A stretch of 64,000 nt of DNA from Podarcis liolepis. Taxonomy: Eukaryota. This document shows, one piece after another, positions 14,473 to 28,009 of the stretch. The notes under the pieces are model-generated. The model did not search any database, was not told the DNA's origin, and was given only the letters and a program-made list of their open reading frames with translations. Position 1 is the first letter of the stretch. The number at the start of each line of letters is the position of its first letter. Location of the stretch: assembly GCA_965112155.1 (NCBI GenBank), contig OZ218098.1, one strand, 5' to 3'. The translations under genes and the position numbers were made by a program.

Positions 14473-15509
14473 GTCTGTTGTAGTCTTCCTCTTTTCTGTA
14501 GTTGTTTTTATTTTTTGGTAACTGAAAATAGCTGTGGTGGAAACCTGTCAGCAGAGCATGCAGATGATGTTCTGTGCACTGTCATTTCCATATAGAACAC
14601 ACCTGAATATAATTTTATGCGAATCATAAGAACAACACAGTTTTTGCATGCAGTCATAGTGTAGCTTTTCTCTAAATGTTTTATGACTAGACAACTTGCA
14701 CAATCTTTCTCCAGAATAGAGATTTCCCAATTCCTCCCCCCACCCAATCCTCATTTTGACAGTCAGTTCCAATACTACAAAAATGGATATTCTGCCCATA
14801 CAAGTGGCTGCTTCCATAGGCAGTGTAATGTGGGACCAATCAGCTTGCTCCTTCCCTTTCATGGCCTGAAAGAATTACAACTTGTGAATTTTTTTCAATT
14901 CATGGAAGGGAACAGAAGAGCTCATATTAATCAGCTGTGCTAATGTTATGTCCTTCACATGAATAGCCTGCTCATGTGGGCAGTGCCTTGTGCATTGGAT
15001 TCCAGTGCCTCATTTGAGCCAACTCTTTAGTGGTGCAAAAGGCCAGGTACAATTAGCAGATGGAGAGACAAGGGTTTGCAATGTTTCATTGCTCTTTGGC
15101 ATTAAAAAGGAGTAGAGGCCTACTAACCAAGCATGAGAGAATGTGGCTTTGAGCAGATATCAGTAGTTGGTTTTGTTTCTGAGTAGATGTGAGGGCAGGA
15201 ACAACTGTTTTCTTCTGCCCAGGGTCTTCTAAGCAGCATTCACATTGAAAGGGTAAAGAACTCAAGGTGCATCTTTTCTTCCTGCCCTTATTGTTTCCCT
15301 TTCTCCCAGATCTCATTTATCTGGCTCAAAGTAGCTGCAGTTGGAGAAAAAGTTCAACACTCAGTAGTCAAGCACATGATTTACATGCTGACAGTAGTAT
15401 GATTCAATTCCAGGAACTGCTAGTTAAAAGGAATTCAGAGCTGGAAAAGATCACTACCTTTTGACTTAGAAGAACTGATTCTGGGCAGGATTGACCAGAG
15501 GAACAGACA

Positions 15510-15625
15510 ATGTGGTACCCTCCAGATGTTGCTGAATTAGAACTCACACCATCTCTGATTGCTGGCCATGCTGGCTGGGGCTGTTGGGAGTGTCCACTGT
15601 CATCTGGAAGACACTGCATTGGCTG
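15510..15625. mobile_element. Squamate palindromic hAT-like MITE remnant (related copies at ~26647-26730 and ~60201-60322)
   Basis: ccctccagatgttgctg...ggccatgctggctggggctg.tgggagt...catctggaag. Confidence 0.55.
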
Positions 15626-16220
15626 TCTCTGGGATACATGGTACTGTGGCATATTAACAATTGTTCTGACTAGGATATGGCAAGGATAAGGATGTTCCTG
15701 GCTGCTGTATATTCTGTTGTAGGAATGCAATGGCAAGAAGTGACTGGCCTTTCTTCCATGTATCCCTAGATCTTCCCCTCAGCAAGCCATAGCTTGTATA
15801 TAAATGTTAAATAATTCTTAACACCTTTGCTTTTCAAAGTTGCATACAGATAATGTAATGGTATGTTTTTGAAAGACTGCATTCCAGAATAAATCAACTG
15901 TCACCTTCTGGAATAAAGATCAAGATGTACAATCCCCCACTAGCGGTGTTATGCTTTTGCTTTTCTACTGGAATCAGCCAATTTTTTCCACACAGCATTT
16001 TCTCTCATATCATACCCATTCCCAAGATGATGGATGTGTGTGACTGCAGTCTGAGTTTCTCAGTGTTTTCTCATGCACGTCAACATCCTTCAGAGGTCAA
16101 ATGAGAAAAGAAGCTCATGTCACAGTTCAGTGGTTCCTCTGTGTTTTATTCTTCTGATTCACTTGTCAAAAGGGTAACTGTTGTGCTTGGGGGTGGGGGG
16201 GTGTTGTTTACTGCCCACAG

Positions 16221-16335
16221 GCCTGCACACTAGCACGAAGGAATGCAGAAGTGTTTCTCAAGTACATTCACCGAAACAACGTCAGCATGCCAGGGGGAGT
16301 GAGCCATACGAGGGGACCTGAGCAACAAGTCAAAG
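16221..16335 (+). CDS. KALRN: KALRN exon (ACTLARRNAEVFLKY...GPEQQVK)
   Basis: cccacag|GCC ... AAAG|gtcagt; 115 nt, ends phase 1. Confidence 0.95.
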
Positions 16336-18246
16336 GTCAGTGTGTTTGTTGGGGAGATGCATTAATGGAATGGCAGCTTGGCTTTAGAAATGTACCACAC
16401 ACCCATGGATGACACTTGTGCTCACCACTGATGTTTCCTTACACCGGATTAAATTTGCCACATAATAATTACAGGTGCACCTTTTCTGCTGGACAGAATA
16501 AGATTAGAATACAAGCAGATGGTATGAAAATGACAGCGTCTTTTTCATTTCTGTGCTGGCTCAGAAAACTTAGGAGTGGATCTAGTGAAGTGTTTTGCAT
16601 ATAAATTTACCAGTGTGCCATCATCTGTCATTAGAACAATAGAAATTCCATTAAATCTATAGGCAATACTTCTCCTATTAGTATGTTTAGAGTATTTTTA
16701 AAAGTAGTAGTCATTAAGATCCTTTCTCTATTACACCTATCACGTGCTTCTTTCATATCAATCCATACTTTAAGCCTCCACTTCAAAATGTGTCAGGGTG
16801 TGGGTACTAAAATCATAGCAGGGTCAAACTTCTTTAAGCTATCTCATTTTACTACCCATTGTCTAAGTGATGCCCTGGTAGTCATTTGAATTGTTTTTTA
16901 AAAGCAAAAGAGTTAAGAGGAGAGCAGTGATGGATTTGTAGGAAGGTTACTGTACATATACAGATCCCTTCTTATTTCCAGACTGCCTACAGGTGTAAAA
17001 GAGAAACCATCCCATCTGATTCAGAGCTTAGTTATGGAATCTGAAAGCAATTAATTACTAATCTAATTTGGGGCAGTGGGGGGGGGGGAGAAAGACTGAA
17101 AATGTGGGCAGTTCATTAGTTTAGCTACAAAGAGCTGCAGTAAATAGTATTTCCTTCTGTTGAAAGGACAATCCCTTAACTCCTTCCACTTCAGGAAACA
17201 GTGGGCAGAAAGTATCTGTCTCATACTACATTCAAGGACAGAACAGGTTATTATACTGGGTTTGTTTGTTTTTTGGCATTTGGAGCTATTGCAGAGTATT
17301 AATCAGGCTTCCATACCACCCTTCTTCTTCCAAGACAAGCCAAAATTGAAATTCACAATGTGATCACTTTTCTCAGAGTTCAATGTCTGCTTCTCTTTCT
17401 TAGCTATTTAGCCACAGTGACCAATAGAATGACCTTCTTATGCTTGCCTCTTTCATATGTTCAAATGAACATGGGCTGCTGTGGTGATGATACATTCTTG
17501 GAGGAGTCTGGGGTGATGCATTCCCTGCTTTCTTTTGTAGCTGTAATCCACCAGTTGCTAATCTGTTCCTTGATTCTGTGAGGAGCTGATAAAAATGAAC
17601 TAAAGTAAATCTGCAGAACTAAGCCATTTTTCATCTCTGATTGGATTACTTTTAGAGCTGTAGAAAAGAACAGATCAATGACAGTGTAGGGCAATAATAA
17701 TTATGTAGTTTGATACTGAGTGCGCCATACAGTTGCTATCACTAAAGGGGTTGAAAATGCTGCAGCCTAACATAAAATCTGTACTTTAAAAATATATATT
17801 TCTTTGGTTAATATTGCTCAAGAACTCAAAAAAAGAGTCTGCACTCGTATACATGAGTATCTTTTTTAACAAAAAAAGCACACACAATTAAGATGGGTTT
17901 TTAAGATACAGTTTTAGGGAGAAGGCTTACTAAAATATATGGAACTGTTTATACATGTTAAGCAATAGACATAAACTTTAGGCAGCCTCTCACATTGTCA
18001 TTTTAAGACATAAGATATTTCCTATGAGGAGACAAGCAGGGAGAGTAGGCTACTTTACGCAGTGGATATAGGTCCTCTTATTATTTTTATAAATATATTT
18101 CTATACCACTGTAACATGAAAATATAACACAGCAGTTTACAACAATATAAAAACATAAAACCAACCAATAACATCATAAAAGTAAAAATACTAGCACATT
18201 TACAAAACTAAGCAGGGTCCAGTATGGTTCCAAAGGGGGTTGCAAG

Positions 18247-18321
18247 TTGAGATTTCTGCATTGCATAAGGTTGGACTAAATGACCCTAGGGTCCCTCCCA
18301 ACTCTTATGATTCTGTGATTC
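18247..18321 (+). mobile_element. CR1 LINE 3' end fragment
   Basis: ctgcattgc..ggttggact..atgaccc..gtccctcccaactct + ATTCT(A/G)TG-type tail. Confidence 0.7.
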
Positions 18322-19362
18322 AGGATTAAAACAAAAATCCAATATCAATAGACCATTGTAGGGGATATACACTTAGTTGCCTTAATTAGTAAGCTTGGCT
18401 GTGACAGACAGAAAAAGCTGGGACATTCTCTTTCACTCGCCCCATAGAATTTTATTTAACTGAAGCTTGCACAGAAGAATCTGTTGGTAATCCCCCCGAT
18501 TAATTAGTGAACCAGAATATGAGTTGAATTTACCCCCTTAGCCACCAAAATGTCCTGGACTGGTCCTTGCTTGTACCTCAAAAGAATCCCGTTAGAATGT
18601 TTCATTTGTGAGTCTAGAGACAGCTCAAGGATATGTACCACAAGAATCTCTTGCAGCCCACCTTTCAGATTTCAGTTCTAAGAAATCAATAATGTGAGCT
18701 GAGCATTCTGAAAAAGTCACAGGACTGCTTTTAGGGGAGGCTTTGGTGACCTAAAATTGTAATACCATTGAACAAAGAATAAAGATGCCTCTTTGGAATA
18801 GAACTGTATGGCAGAACCGTCAAATACCTTTTGTTTTAGTATAGTATGTCCACCCCAGGCCTAAGGCATCACTGACTGTGCTCCAAATAAATGTTGTATA
18901 AGTGAGCAGGTGAGTGTGGGAAGTACAAGGTAGATATTTGTTAGTCTGACCACTATTGGTGCCAAGGCATGGCGCTTGTTCCTTCTGCATTTACGAGGAT
19001 ACATTTAATGACTGGGTATCTAAACTGTTGTCAGCTGCATGACTTGTCATTGTTCCCCCACTCCCGTTGCTTGGGCTTTGAACAGTGTGGTCTGAAGTGC
19101 TCTGCACTGTATCTGTATCTATGTGTTGGAAATATAATATTTTTTTCTGTTGATTTTTGTCCACACACCCTTAGTGAGCCCCTTGTGTTAAGGACTGCCC
19201 ACTCTCTGCTATTTTGTTTCTTCCCCCAGTTAACTCTGAAGTGCTTCATACTAGGGAGCTTATATCACTGTGATGGAGTAGCCAGTTGAATTTGCATTGA
19301 CTTGCGTCTGCATGTACTCACTGAGCCACTGAGGGTAACGACCATCCTCCTTTTCTCCGCAG

Positions 19363-19478
19363 CCATTCTGAGTGAGCTGCTGCAGAGAGAGAACAGAGTT
19401 CTTCACTTCTGGACCTTGAAGAAACGGCGATTAGATCAGTGCCAGCAGTATGTGGTCTTTGAGCGTAGTGCTAAGCAG
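19363..19478 (+). CDS. KALRN: KALRN exon (AILSELLQRENRVLHFW...FERSAKQ)
   Basis: ctccgcag|CC ... CAG|gtagct; 116 nt. Confidence 0.95.
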
Positions 19479-19589
19479 GTAGCTTAATAAAACTCTGCTT
19501 TCCCCTCTTGTTCTGTTGTTACGGCTGACAGGTAATAATGGACTGTGTAATAGATTAGTTGTGGGAAGGGTTGTATCTCAGGGACTGCA

Positions 19590-19785
19590 GACTTTGCATT
19601 ATGAGACCCCATGTTCAATCCTTTGCATCAATCAAGACTGGAAAACTTTTTGTTATGAGGTGCCATGTTCAATCCTTTGCATCAGCCAACACTGGTAATG
19701 ACCCTGGAGAGTTAGTTTCAAACCTGACACTAGTTGAAACTGACAGTGTGAGCTGGATAGGCCATTGGCCTGAATAAGGCTGCCA
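19590..19785 (+). mobile_element. Degenerate Squam3-like SINE with an internal ~54-bp tandem duplication
   Basis: Two copies of ttatgag..ccatgttcaatcctttgcatca..caa.actgg, then accctggagag...gagctggataggccattggcctga. Confidence 0.5.
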
Positions 19786-20089
19786 GACTGCAAACCAGAA
19801 ATAAACATGTTGCCTTGTACATGCTGAATGCTGTGGGAGAAATTGTTAACTGCTCCCACCTGTTTCTTTCCTGGGTCTCCTAGCAGTTGGTCTCAGACCT
19901 CATCTGTTGTAGGGCAAAACAAGAAGTTCTTCTTGTTTCAGTAGATGGAGAAGAAGGGTGAACCTATATTCGGGGGGGGGGGAGAGCGGATGTGACGAGA
20001 AGCCTAACATTGGCAACCTCTCACTTCGCCTGCACTGCATTAATCTCTGGTCTGAAGTCTTGCAAGACTACTACGGTCAAGATCAAGCA

Positions 20090-20171
20090 AGGAGTCTCAT
20101 AGCACCTTAAAGACTAACAAATTTATTACCTCTTCAGCTATTGTGAGCTCAAGTCTGCTTTGCCAGATGCA
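20090..20171 (-). mobile_element. Degenerate Penelope-like element fragment
   Basis: tagcaccttaaagactaacaaattt is a diverged reverse complement of aaacttagttggtctctaagttgcta at ~42240-42265; ribozyme core decayed. Confidence 0.5.
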
Positions 20172-20462
20172 AGGAAAAATATATCGTGTGTAAGTGTCTG
20201 TGACCACATAAAATTCAACGCAGTGGACAATCAGTCCCTACTGTGCTACATTTTGCTTGCTTGTTTACCGTGTAAAGTGTTGTTAGACTTGAATTTGAGG
20301 CCTGCCTGTCAGGCTTCTTCCTTTCTGAGGGCTAGTGGTGCTCTTCAACTGCAATAGAACTTGAATAATTAATTTTGAAATATGCCAATGAGAACAGGTT
20401 GCATGGGTGAAAACTAGTCACCTTGTTTTTGTTCATTTGGTCCCCCACCCTCCCATTTGTAG

Positions 20463-20585
20463 GCCTTAGACTGGATTCAGGAAACAGGAGAGTATTATCT
20501 TTCTACTCACAACTCTACGGGGGAATCAGCAGAAGAAACTCAGGAACTTCTGAAAGAATATGGAGAATTCAAAGTACCTGCCAAG
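20463..20585 (+). CDS. KALRN: KALRN exon (ALDWIQETGEYYL...FKVPAK)
   Basis: ttgtag|GCC ... AAG|gtaaac; 123 nt. Confidence 0.95.
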
Positions 20586-21627
20586 GTAAACCCTACTATT
20601 GATTTTATAATTTCATGAGCTTCCTTTGGTAGTTTCAGTTAAGGAAATGTAGTAAAGGTATACAACTCACAGGATTTAGTCTCAGTTACACTATTACTTA
20701 TCTACATGCATCATTTATTACTAAATAAATGTATAACATGATATATTTAATAGCTCTGAATGTTATAAATGCTCCCCCCCCCCCATTTTGAAGTCTATGG
20801 CTGAGATCCAAAAAAAATACTAATAGTGCAATCTTATGTGTGTCGAGTCCCATTGAGTGTATATAGGATTGCAAACTGAGGCTCATAGAAGGAGCCTGTT
20901 TTCCTTTGGAAGCTCACTCCATGCATTATCACAAACGTCTTTTAAAACTCACTTAAAATCCAAAAGGAGCTTGTGATGTGGCATGGAGAACAATTTCTTG
21001 AGGAAAACAACTCTAAAGCCTCCTTTTGCTAATGGAGCTAGTTTCAGAGTTCTCTTGTATACTGACCAATGATATTAATTATTTCTAAAGAACTACCAAA
21101 CTTCAGAATGACCTCAGAATATTTGCCCTTGTTTTCTCAATTCCAATATCTTCCTGTTTGGGGCCATCAAGCTCTGCAGTCTCCCTGCTATCACTTTGTA
21201 CCCACATCCCCATGCTCATCTCTTCCTGACAAGTTCCATTCCTGTCTGCCGCAGTGTCCATTTGAAGAGAAATTCTGACCAAGCAGGTCAAAATTAACAC
21301 CCATAAGCAGAATGGTGTTATTACTCTCTGCTCACATTTCCACTTTCAAAAGATTGCTTCAGAACCAAACAATTCTGCAAAGTATTACAACCTGTAACAA
21401 TTAAGTTCCATTGAGTAGTACTGAGTGGCAGTGGGAAATTCAGAACCATTTTGGATAATAAATGAAAAGATTGCACTCCACCTACACTATGTCTCCAAAG
21501 ATCTCAGGAACATTTTGTGTTAGTGATGCTTGTGAAGAATACGAGGTCCATATGGTTATTATGTGAATGAAAATTGAACAAAATGTCCATAGAAGATATG
21601 ATAACCAAGGAAAACTCTTTTGGGCAG

Positions 21628-21810
21628 CAAACCAAGGAGAAAGTGAAGCTTCTCATTCAGCTGGCTGATAGCTTTGTAGAGAAAGGGCATACTCATGCCA
21701 CTGAAATTAGGAAATGGGTTACCACCGTCGACAAACGCTATCGGGACTTTTCACTGAGGATGGGGAAATACCGCTACTCTTTGGAAAAAGCTCTTGGAAT
21801 CAATACAGAG
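21628..21810 (+). CDS. KALRN: KALRN exon, last spectrin repeat (QTKEKVKLLIQLAD...EKALGINTE)
   Basis: ttttgggcag|CAA ... GAG|gtactg; 183 nt. Confidence 0.95.
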
Positions 21811-22628
21811 GTACTGTAAGTCACATGTTTTGCTGACATACTTTAAACAAATGAAAAAACCTTAGCGGAATTAGCACTGTCTTATGTGGAAATGCTTTCA
21901 TGCATTACATAGCCAGCCTTACCTTGCAGTGGCATAAGACAGAGCACACTAGGTGTGGATTTTGTGACACAAATTTGTTCCTTTGTGACACAAAGGCTAG
22001 ACAAGATGACAGGGGAATGATTGGTTGGGTGCCCAGGAAGTTGCTATAAGGAGTAATCAAGTGGACTTCCAGGTATAAATTCATGTAGATGATGATCAGT
22101 CAACATAAGACAAAATGGTAATTCATTCAAAATAGCAGGGCAAATCAATGATTAATCTGTAGTTAATTCCTACCTGGCGCTACTTGTGAAAAGCTGCAGA
22201 TTTTACTGGGCTGCACATGGCCTGTTACATAGCTTTTCATGTTGATGGCACTGGCCTTGTGTATGTACTTGAGTCCCACAGAGCTAAATGGATGCTATTC
22301 TGGGTAAATCTACTGTTTTGCAGTCCATTCTGTTATAGCCAGCAGGACACGTGAAGAGCGGATTTAGGTTACCATGTATAAGCCAGGGCAGCGTTAACTT
22401 TTAATTATTGCCTCAAAAATTCACTTCATAACCATTCAAGTGAGAAAGAGGGATTGGATCCTAATTTCCATATGTGAGTTCCTCTGACAGTCACCTTCAC
22501 CTTCTTCCTATGGCCATTTTGGCTCCTAAAAATCTGCTCCTGAAGATTGGAAGGCCTTCTGGAAAAGGATCGGATGCCGTGAAGCTGACTGCAGCAGAAA
22601 GGGGGGATTGGCAAAATTGGGCACTTAC

Positions 22629-22682
<54 letters not shown>

Positions 22683-22907
22683 TCTTTATTGTCATTGCCC
22701 CCTCTCGGGGACAACGAAATTACTTGGCTGCTCCATCCACTCCATCCACCCAGGTAGGGCACTCCACACAAAATCAAAACAACTATAAAAACACTAATTA
22801 AAACAATACAGTATAATACAGCAAGGAAGATTAGATGACTTTCAAAGTCCAGGCTTCCCATTCAGGGCCAAGATCGCTCTGGAGAAGAAGCTGTTCTTAA
22901 GACGGCT
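22629..22907 (-). mobile_element. Rex1/Babar-like LINE 3' end with (ATT)n tail
   Basis: The minus strand encodes SRLKNSFFSRAILALNGKPGL* (C-terminal R-x-x-NSFF-x-x-AI motif), then aatttcgttgt...aatgacaataaaga and a perfect triplet tail at 22629-22682. Confidence 0.7.
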
Positions 22908-23444
22908 CAGAGGCACTAGTGCAAACAACAGTGTGCTTCTACTCACACAGGGGTCAACGCCAATGTTTTTATTCAGATCTGGTTCATTTGAAGGAATAAT
23001 GCAATAAAGATGTACCAAGTAAATATCGTTTATGAAATTTGAGCAAATGCTGTCATTTGGGGAAAGTAGAATACAACCCTCAGAGGCAATATTGCAGAGC
23101 AGACAAAATGTGTCTGCTTGCTGCCACCACTGATGTGTCCCAGGATTCCCATGAGGAAAGCCATCCCCTTCCTAAAGTCAAATGAGAGGAAGGGGTGCTG
23201 ATGAAGCCTAGCAAATTGGTTGGGGGAAAGGACTGAAAACCTCCTACCACCTGCCAAATATGTGATGCATTTAGCCAGTCATTAATAGGTCTGTATGTGC
23301 AGTTGTTTGTTTGATTGATTTCTTTTTCTTTTTCCTTTCCTTTCCTTTTCTTCCAGCCCTATAGCCTTTTCTTTCACTGTAGATATGCTTACTTTTACAA
23401 AGCATAGAAATGTATTTTAAATCCAAGACACTACTCTTTTTCAG

Positions 23445-23563
23445 GATAACAAGGACCTGGAATTAGACATCATTCCAGCAAGTCTGTCAGATCGCGAAGT
23501 GAAGCTACGTGATGCCAATCACGAAGCTAATGAAGAAAAAAGGAAGTCAGCCAGAAAGAAAGA
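23445..23563 (+). CDS. KALRN: KALRN exon, spectrin-DH linker (DNKDLELDIIP...KRKSARKK)
   Basis: tttttcag|GAT ... AGA|gtaagt; 119 nt. Confidence 0.95.
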
Positions 23564-24600
23564 GTAAGTGGTGGGAAATGGGCACCTCACAAAACATAGC
23601 ACATGAATGACAAACAGCAGCAGTTCCATGTGAACAATTCACCAAGCCCACCTATTTGTGAGGCAGGTGAGATAGCCTTGCAGGAATGTTATGCAAACAA
23701 AAGACCAGAGTTTGGAGAGAAGTAAGATATGTGGGATAAGTCCATGCCTGATAAATTAAAAACGTAATTGTTTTTTCTCTCTATGTGTGTGTAACTAAAT
23801 ACTAATTTATTCTTATTTATCAAGATAGAAACTCATATTTATATAACCACAACAAGATTAACAACATTTATACTTGATTCTAGAAATTTATTGAATTATG
23901 CAAGTATTATTCTAATTACGTAGACATGCAGAGATGGCTACAATACATAAATCTTCAAACATGATATGATACATTCTAAATGTATTTCCATAATCAGGGA
24001 GAAAATACAAATATGCTAGAGACTAAGAACTAATGTAAACTGATGGGAAGGGAGAAATGGCTTGAGGAATTACATTTTATTTACTTACTTATTAACACTT
24101 ACCATACTTTTATGTGTATAAGACTTTAAAATAAGGTTAAAAATCTGGGGGCATCTATACACAGATAGTACATATGCCCATTTTAAATTTGGGGTCCCCA
24201 AAAGTAGGCGGTGTCTTAGACATAGGGATGTCTTATACAAGGAAACATAAAGTATATCTCACTTTTCCTCCAAAGAGCTCAAGACAGTATACACAATTTC
24301 CTTTCCCCTGTTTTATCTCTGCAGCAATTCTGTGAGATAACTTAAACTGAGATGTCTGGCCCAATCCAATGTCACCCAGTGTGCTTTGTGGCTTAGGGTG
24401 GATTTGACTGGATATCACCAGTCCCAGGCTGATTGCTACTTCATAGAGGAGATACTTAAGTTCTCTTTTCATACATTACAAAAAACTGGAGAAAGCAGAA
24501 TAGTGTCCACACTTGCTTATTGCATGCATGAAGCAGTCCCTACACTTCCAGTTTGTAATCCCTCCATCCCTTAACATGAATGCTTTTCTAATTTGGAAAT

Positions 24601-24666
24601 GATAGAATTGTTGAGTTGGAAGGGACCACAAAGGTCATCTAGTCCACCCCCTGCAATGCAGGAATC
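24601..24666 (-). mobile_element. CR1 LINE 3' end fragment
   Basis: gagttggaagggacc..ggtcatctagtccaccccctgcaatgcaggaatc is the reverse complement of the CR1 3' UTR. Confidence 0.75.
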
Positions 24667-24911
24667 TTTTGTTCAACGTGGGGCTTGAACCCATGACCTT
24701 GAAATGTTATAATATGTGATGAGATGGTCACATAAACAATATTTTATTCTTTCATTTACAATGTGCAATTTAGGCAGCCCAGAAAGATGACGACTACAAT
24801 ATTCTGTACACTTACTTTCAGCAAATATCCATAGCATTGGTCTACGTATCGTTGAAAGTATTTTTCTTTCTTTCTTACGAAGAATATAACAAAGAGAGAG
24901 TTTGTGTTTAA

Positions 24912-25022
<111 letters not shown>

Positions 25023-25442
25023 TAAAGACTCTGTACTGTTTCTGATGGCTGGTGCTCATAATAACTACCACCATGATGTGGTGTTGTGGTCTTCAGTTAC
25101 GGCGGGGTTTTCAAGGATTATAAACTTGCCTAGATGAGACCTGTGTGGAGGTTTGCTGTACTGTGCAGGCTGGTTCATGATGTTTGTGTTTCAACAATCT
25201 GAAAATGCAAAAGCCTTTGATATTTTCTACAGGTAGAATGGAAGGTGGGTGCAATGTATGTGTTCAAAACTGATATATTACTCTTGCTGTAGACATGCAA
25301 CACCATAAGTAATATACAGCTTTTAATGTTGTATTTTTAAATTGTTTGTGGTGAAGCATGGGTAAGAAATGTAATTATTGTTATTAAGACAAAAAGCTAA
25401 CATTCAGTTTGGACCTCAGAAAAAGGTTTTGTATGCATAACA

Positions 25443-25443
25443 A

Positions 25444-25491
<48 letters not shown>

Positions 25492-25513
25492 AAGAAAGAA
25501 AGAGAGAGAGAGA
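25443..25513. repeat. (AAAG)n/(AG)n compound microsatellite
   Basis: Direct reading. Confidence 0.95.
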
Positions 25514-25761
25514 AAAGGTTATGGTAACTGAACCTTTGAACTAATTGAAGGTGTGCCTGAACATCAAACATCTATTTCTTATCACTGAAACATCCACATT
25601 CATTGTTTTGGTTTATTAGTTGTGTTGGTTTTTATTATTATCTTTTAGCTTAGAACTCCATGTTTTCTGAGATATTCTATGCCTTTGGCAAGAAAACTGC
25701 AAGGTCTTTTCTTTTGTTGTGCACTTCGTCTCTGTGTTTAAGAACTGCTGTTGTCTTCTAG

Positions 25762-25871
25762 ACCTATCTCTGGGAAATGACAAGTGGAGTGGAGGAGATA
25801 CCCCCAGGGATTCTTAACAAAGAGCACATAATTTTTGGCAACATCCAGGAGATTTATGACTTTCATAATAA
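25762..25871 (+). CDS. KALRN: KALRN exon, DH1 (TYLWEMTSG...[13 protein letters not shown])
   Basis: cttctag|ACC ... AA|gtacgt; 110 nt. Confidence 0.95.
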
Positions 25872-27061
25872 GTACGTATTCTTCAACACTTTGAGAAAGG
25901 TACCCTTTTGGAAGCTTACCCTGTTTTGCAAAGCCAGGAACCAGCATTGAGGCCAAGTGCTCCTCTCCTTTGGCATCACACACTGGATCTGGTGGGTAGA
26001 CCCTGGCTTATTATTTAACAGTCAGCTACAGTTCCCTGGTTCAGACATAACAAGAACAAATTCTGGATTAATACAAGCCAGGATCTTCATGCTGAAACCA
26101 GTGTGCCCTGAGACACAGAGCAGAGGAGGGACATGGAGAGGAGCACTCAGTCCCAATGCTCGTTCATAGCTTCATATATAATTGATTATGAAGTGTCAAA
26201 CAATTTGCAGGAGTGGGCTAATGTGTGGCAAGAACAGGTGCTGAGCTATGGAGGAGGAAAATAACTGTGCTATAGATTTTTACATGAGAAATATTGGGCA
26301 GCCCTGGCCTACCTGCTTATGCAGGCTGGAGACATGTTCTGTGCGATGACACTCCCCACTCATCTGCTCAGACCTACAATGTCTAGCAGGAATAAGACAG
26401 TTCTAGTCCCAACTTTGAAACTCACACTCTACGTAATAAGGAAATTGGCATGGCAATTATGCTAAGTATTACAGCCAGGCATGTGTGGCCTGCTATGTGG
26501 ATAAGGTAACCAAAGCTCAGTAACTTGCATTCAGCTACCATGAAATGTGACTAATTCTGTACTAAAAGAAGAGTTGCTACTGAATGTCTCATAAAGAAAA
26601 AATCAAAGTGAATTTGAAAGGTCCTGCTCAGCTGAAACATCTATAGCAAGGATAGGGAACACATGACCTCCACAACTTCCATCAGTCCCACCCAGAACAC
26701 ACAGTGGTCAGGGATTATGGGGACTGAATCAAGTCTGTAGGAATTTCAAGGAAAAGTGAAATAATTTATTTAAGATTATTGAAATGTCAGAGGTTGAGGT
26801 TTGCACATCTGTAATCTACTGACAGATTTTATGCTCAGCAACATTTGAGATGAATTTGGAGGGTCCTTTTTTCTGTGAAATATATGAAAGCATTTTTCAT
26901 CATCCAGCACCTGCTTCTACTAAGTGGTTGTGATGTTCCCCTGAGTCACTCAACCAAATAGCGTTGGAGGGTGTACACTCTTTAATATCTTGTATCAGGT
27001 TGGTTCGGGTGCAGGTAGGGCAAGCATATTATAACCAGAGTCTTCTCTCTTACTTTTTCAG

Positions 27062-27131
27062 CATTTTTCTGAAAGAACTGGAAAAATATGAACAACTCCC
27101 TGAAGATGTGGGTCATTGCTTTGTCACCTGG
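27062..27131 (+). CDS. KALRN: KALRN exon, DH1 ([23 protein letters not shown])
   Basis: tttttcag|C ... TGG|gtaatg; 70 nt. Confidence 0.95.
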
Positions 27132-27919
27132 GTAATGAGTCTTAACATAGCACCATTTATTAATGGATGTCTTGAGCATTTGTAACAGGGACTGAGTAGC
27201 TTTAAGTAGGCCAAAGTAGTGGACTGTGCAGTTCTTCAGGCAGTACTTTGTTGAATGGTAATTGAACCTTTATAGAAAGTTTTCCTCAAACATTAATTTC
27301 AGCCATCTAATAAGTCCGCTATTTGCAAAAGGTTGCAAATCATCACAGGGCACCAGACTTCTGCCAATGGACAATCAGATCAATATAACACAAATGCAAC
27401 TTAAAATTTGAAATTCCATAGTTCATCTGCTAATATAGATTTGTTTTGATCAATAACTTCTATGTACTAAGTACAAGTTTAAGACAGATCCAGAATTTTT
27501 AAGGTGTACAGTACCATAGGTAACAGCAACATTTATATTTCGATTTTTAGAAAATCTCAGTTCCTAATTTAATTATTTCTAAGCACCTCATCTTACATAT
27601 TGTGCAAGATATATTTCTGTGGCAAAAAGGACTTTTAAATAGACACTGAAATATGACAGTGGGCACTATAGAATTTTTTTTCAAAAGGACACACATTTAA
27701 TTAATAGGAAAGGCAATCATGATTTTCTTGTAGATTTTTTTCTACTAGTCTAACATACTCTGTTATACTTTTTATTGTTCCTTTCATTTGCAGTACATTT
27801 CTAATTAGAGGGGACAGCCATAAAGTATTAATTTATTCTGTGGAAGTTGAATCGGAAATGGTGCAAGTACAACTCTTGATCATCTTGCCTTTCCCCCCTC
27901 TTGGTGTTTATTTTCACAG

Positions 27920-28009
27920 GCAGATAAATTTCAGATGTATGTTACCTACTGTAAAAACAAGCCTGACTCCAGCCAGCTAATCCTAGAACATGCAGGAACA
28001 TTCTTCGAC
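27920..28009 (+). CDS. KALRN: KALRN exon, DH1 ([17 protein letters not shown]...GTFFD)
   Basis: ttcacag|GCA ... GAC|gtaagc; 90 nt. Confidence 0.95.
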
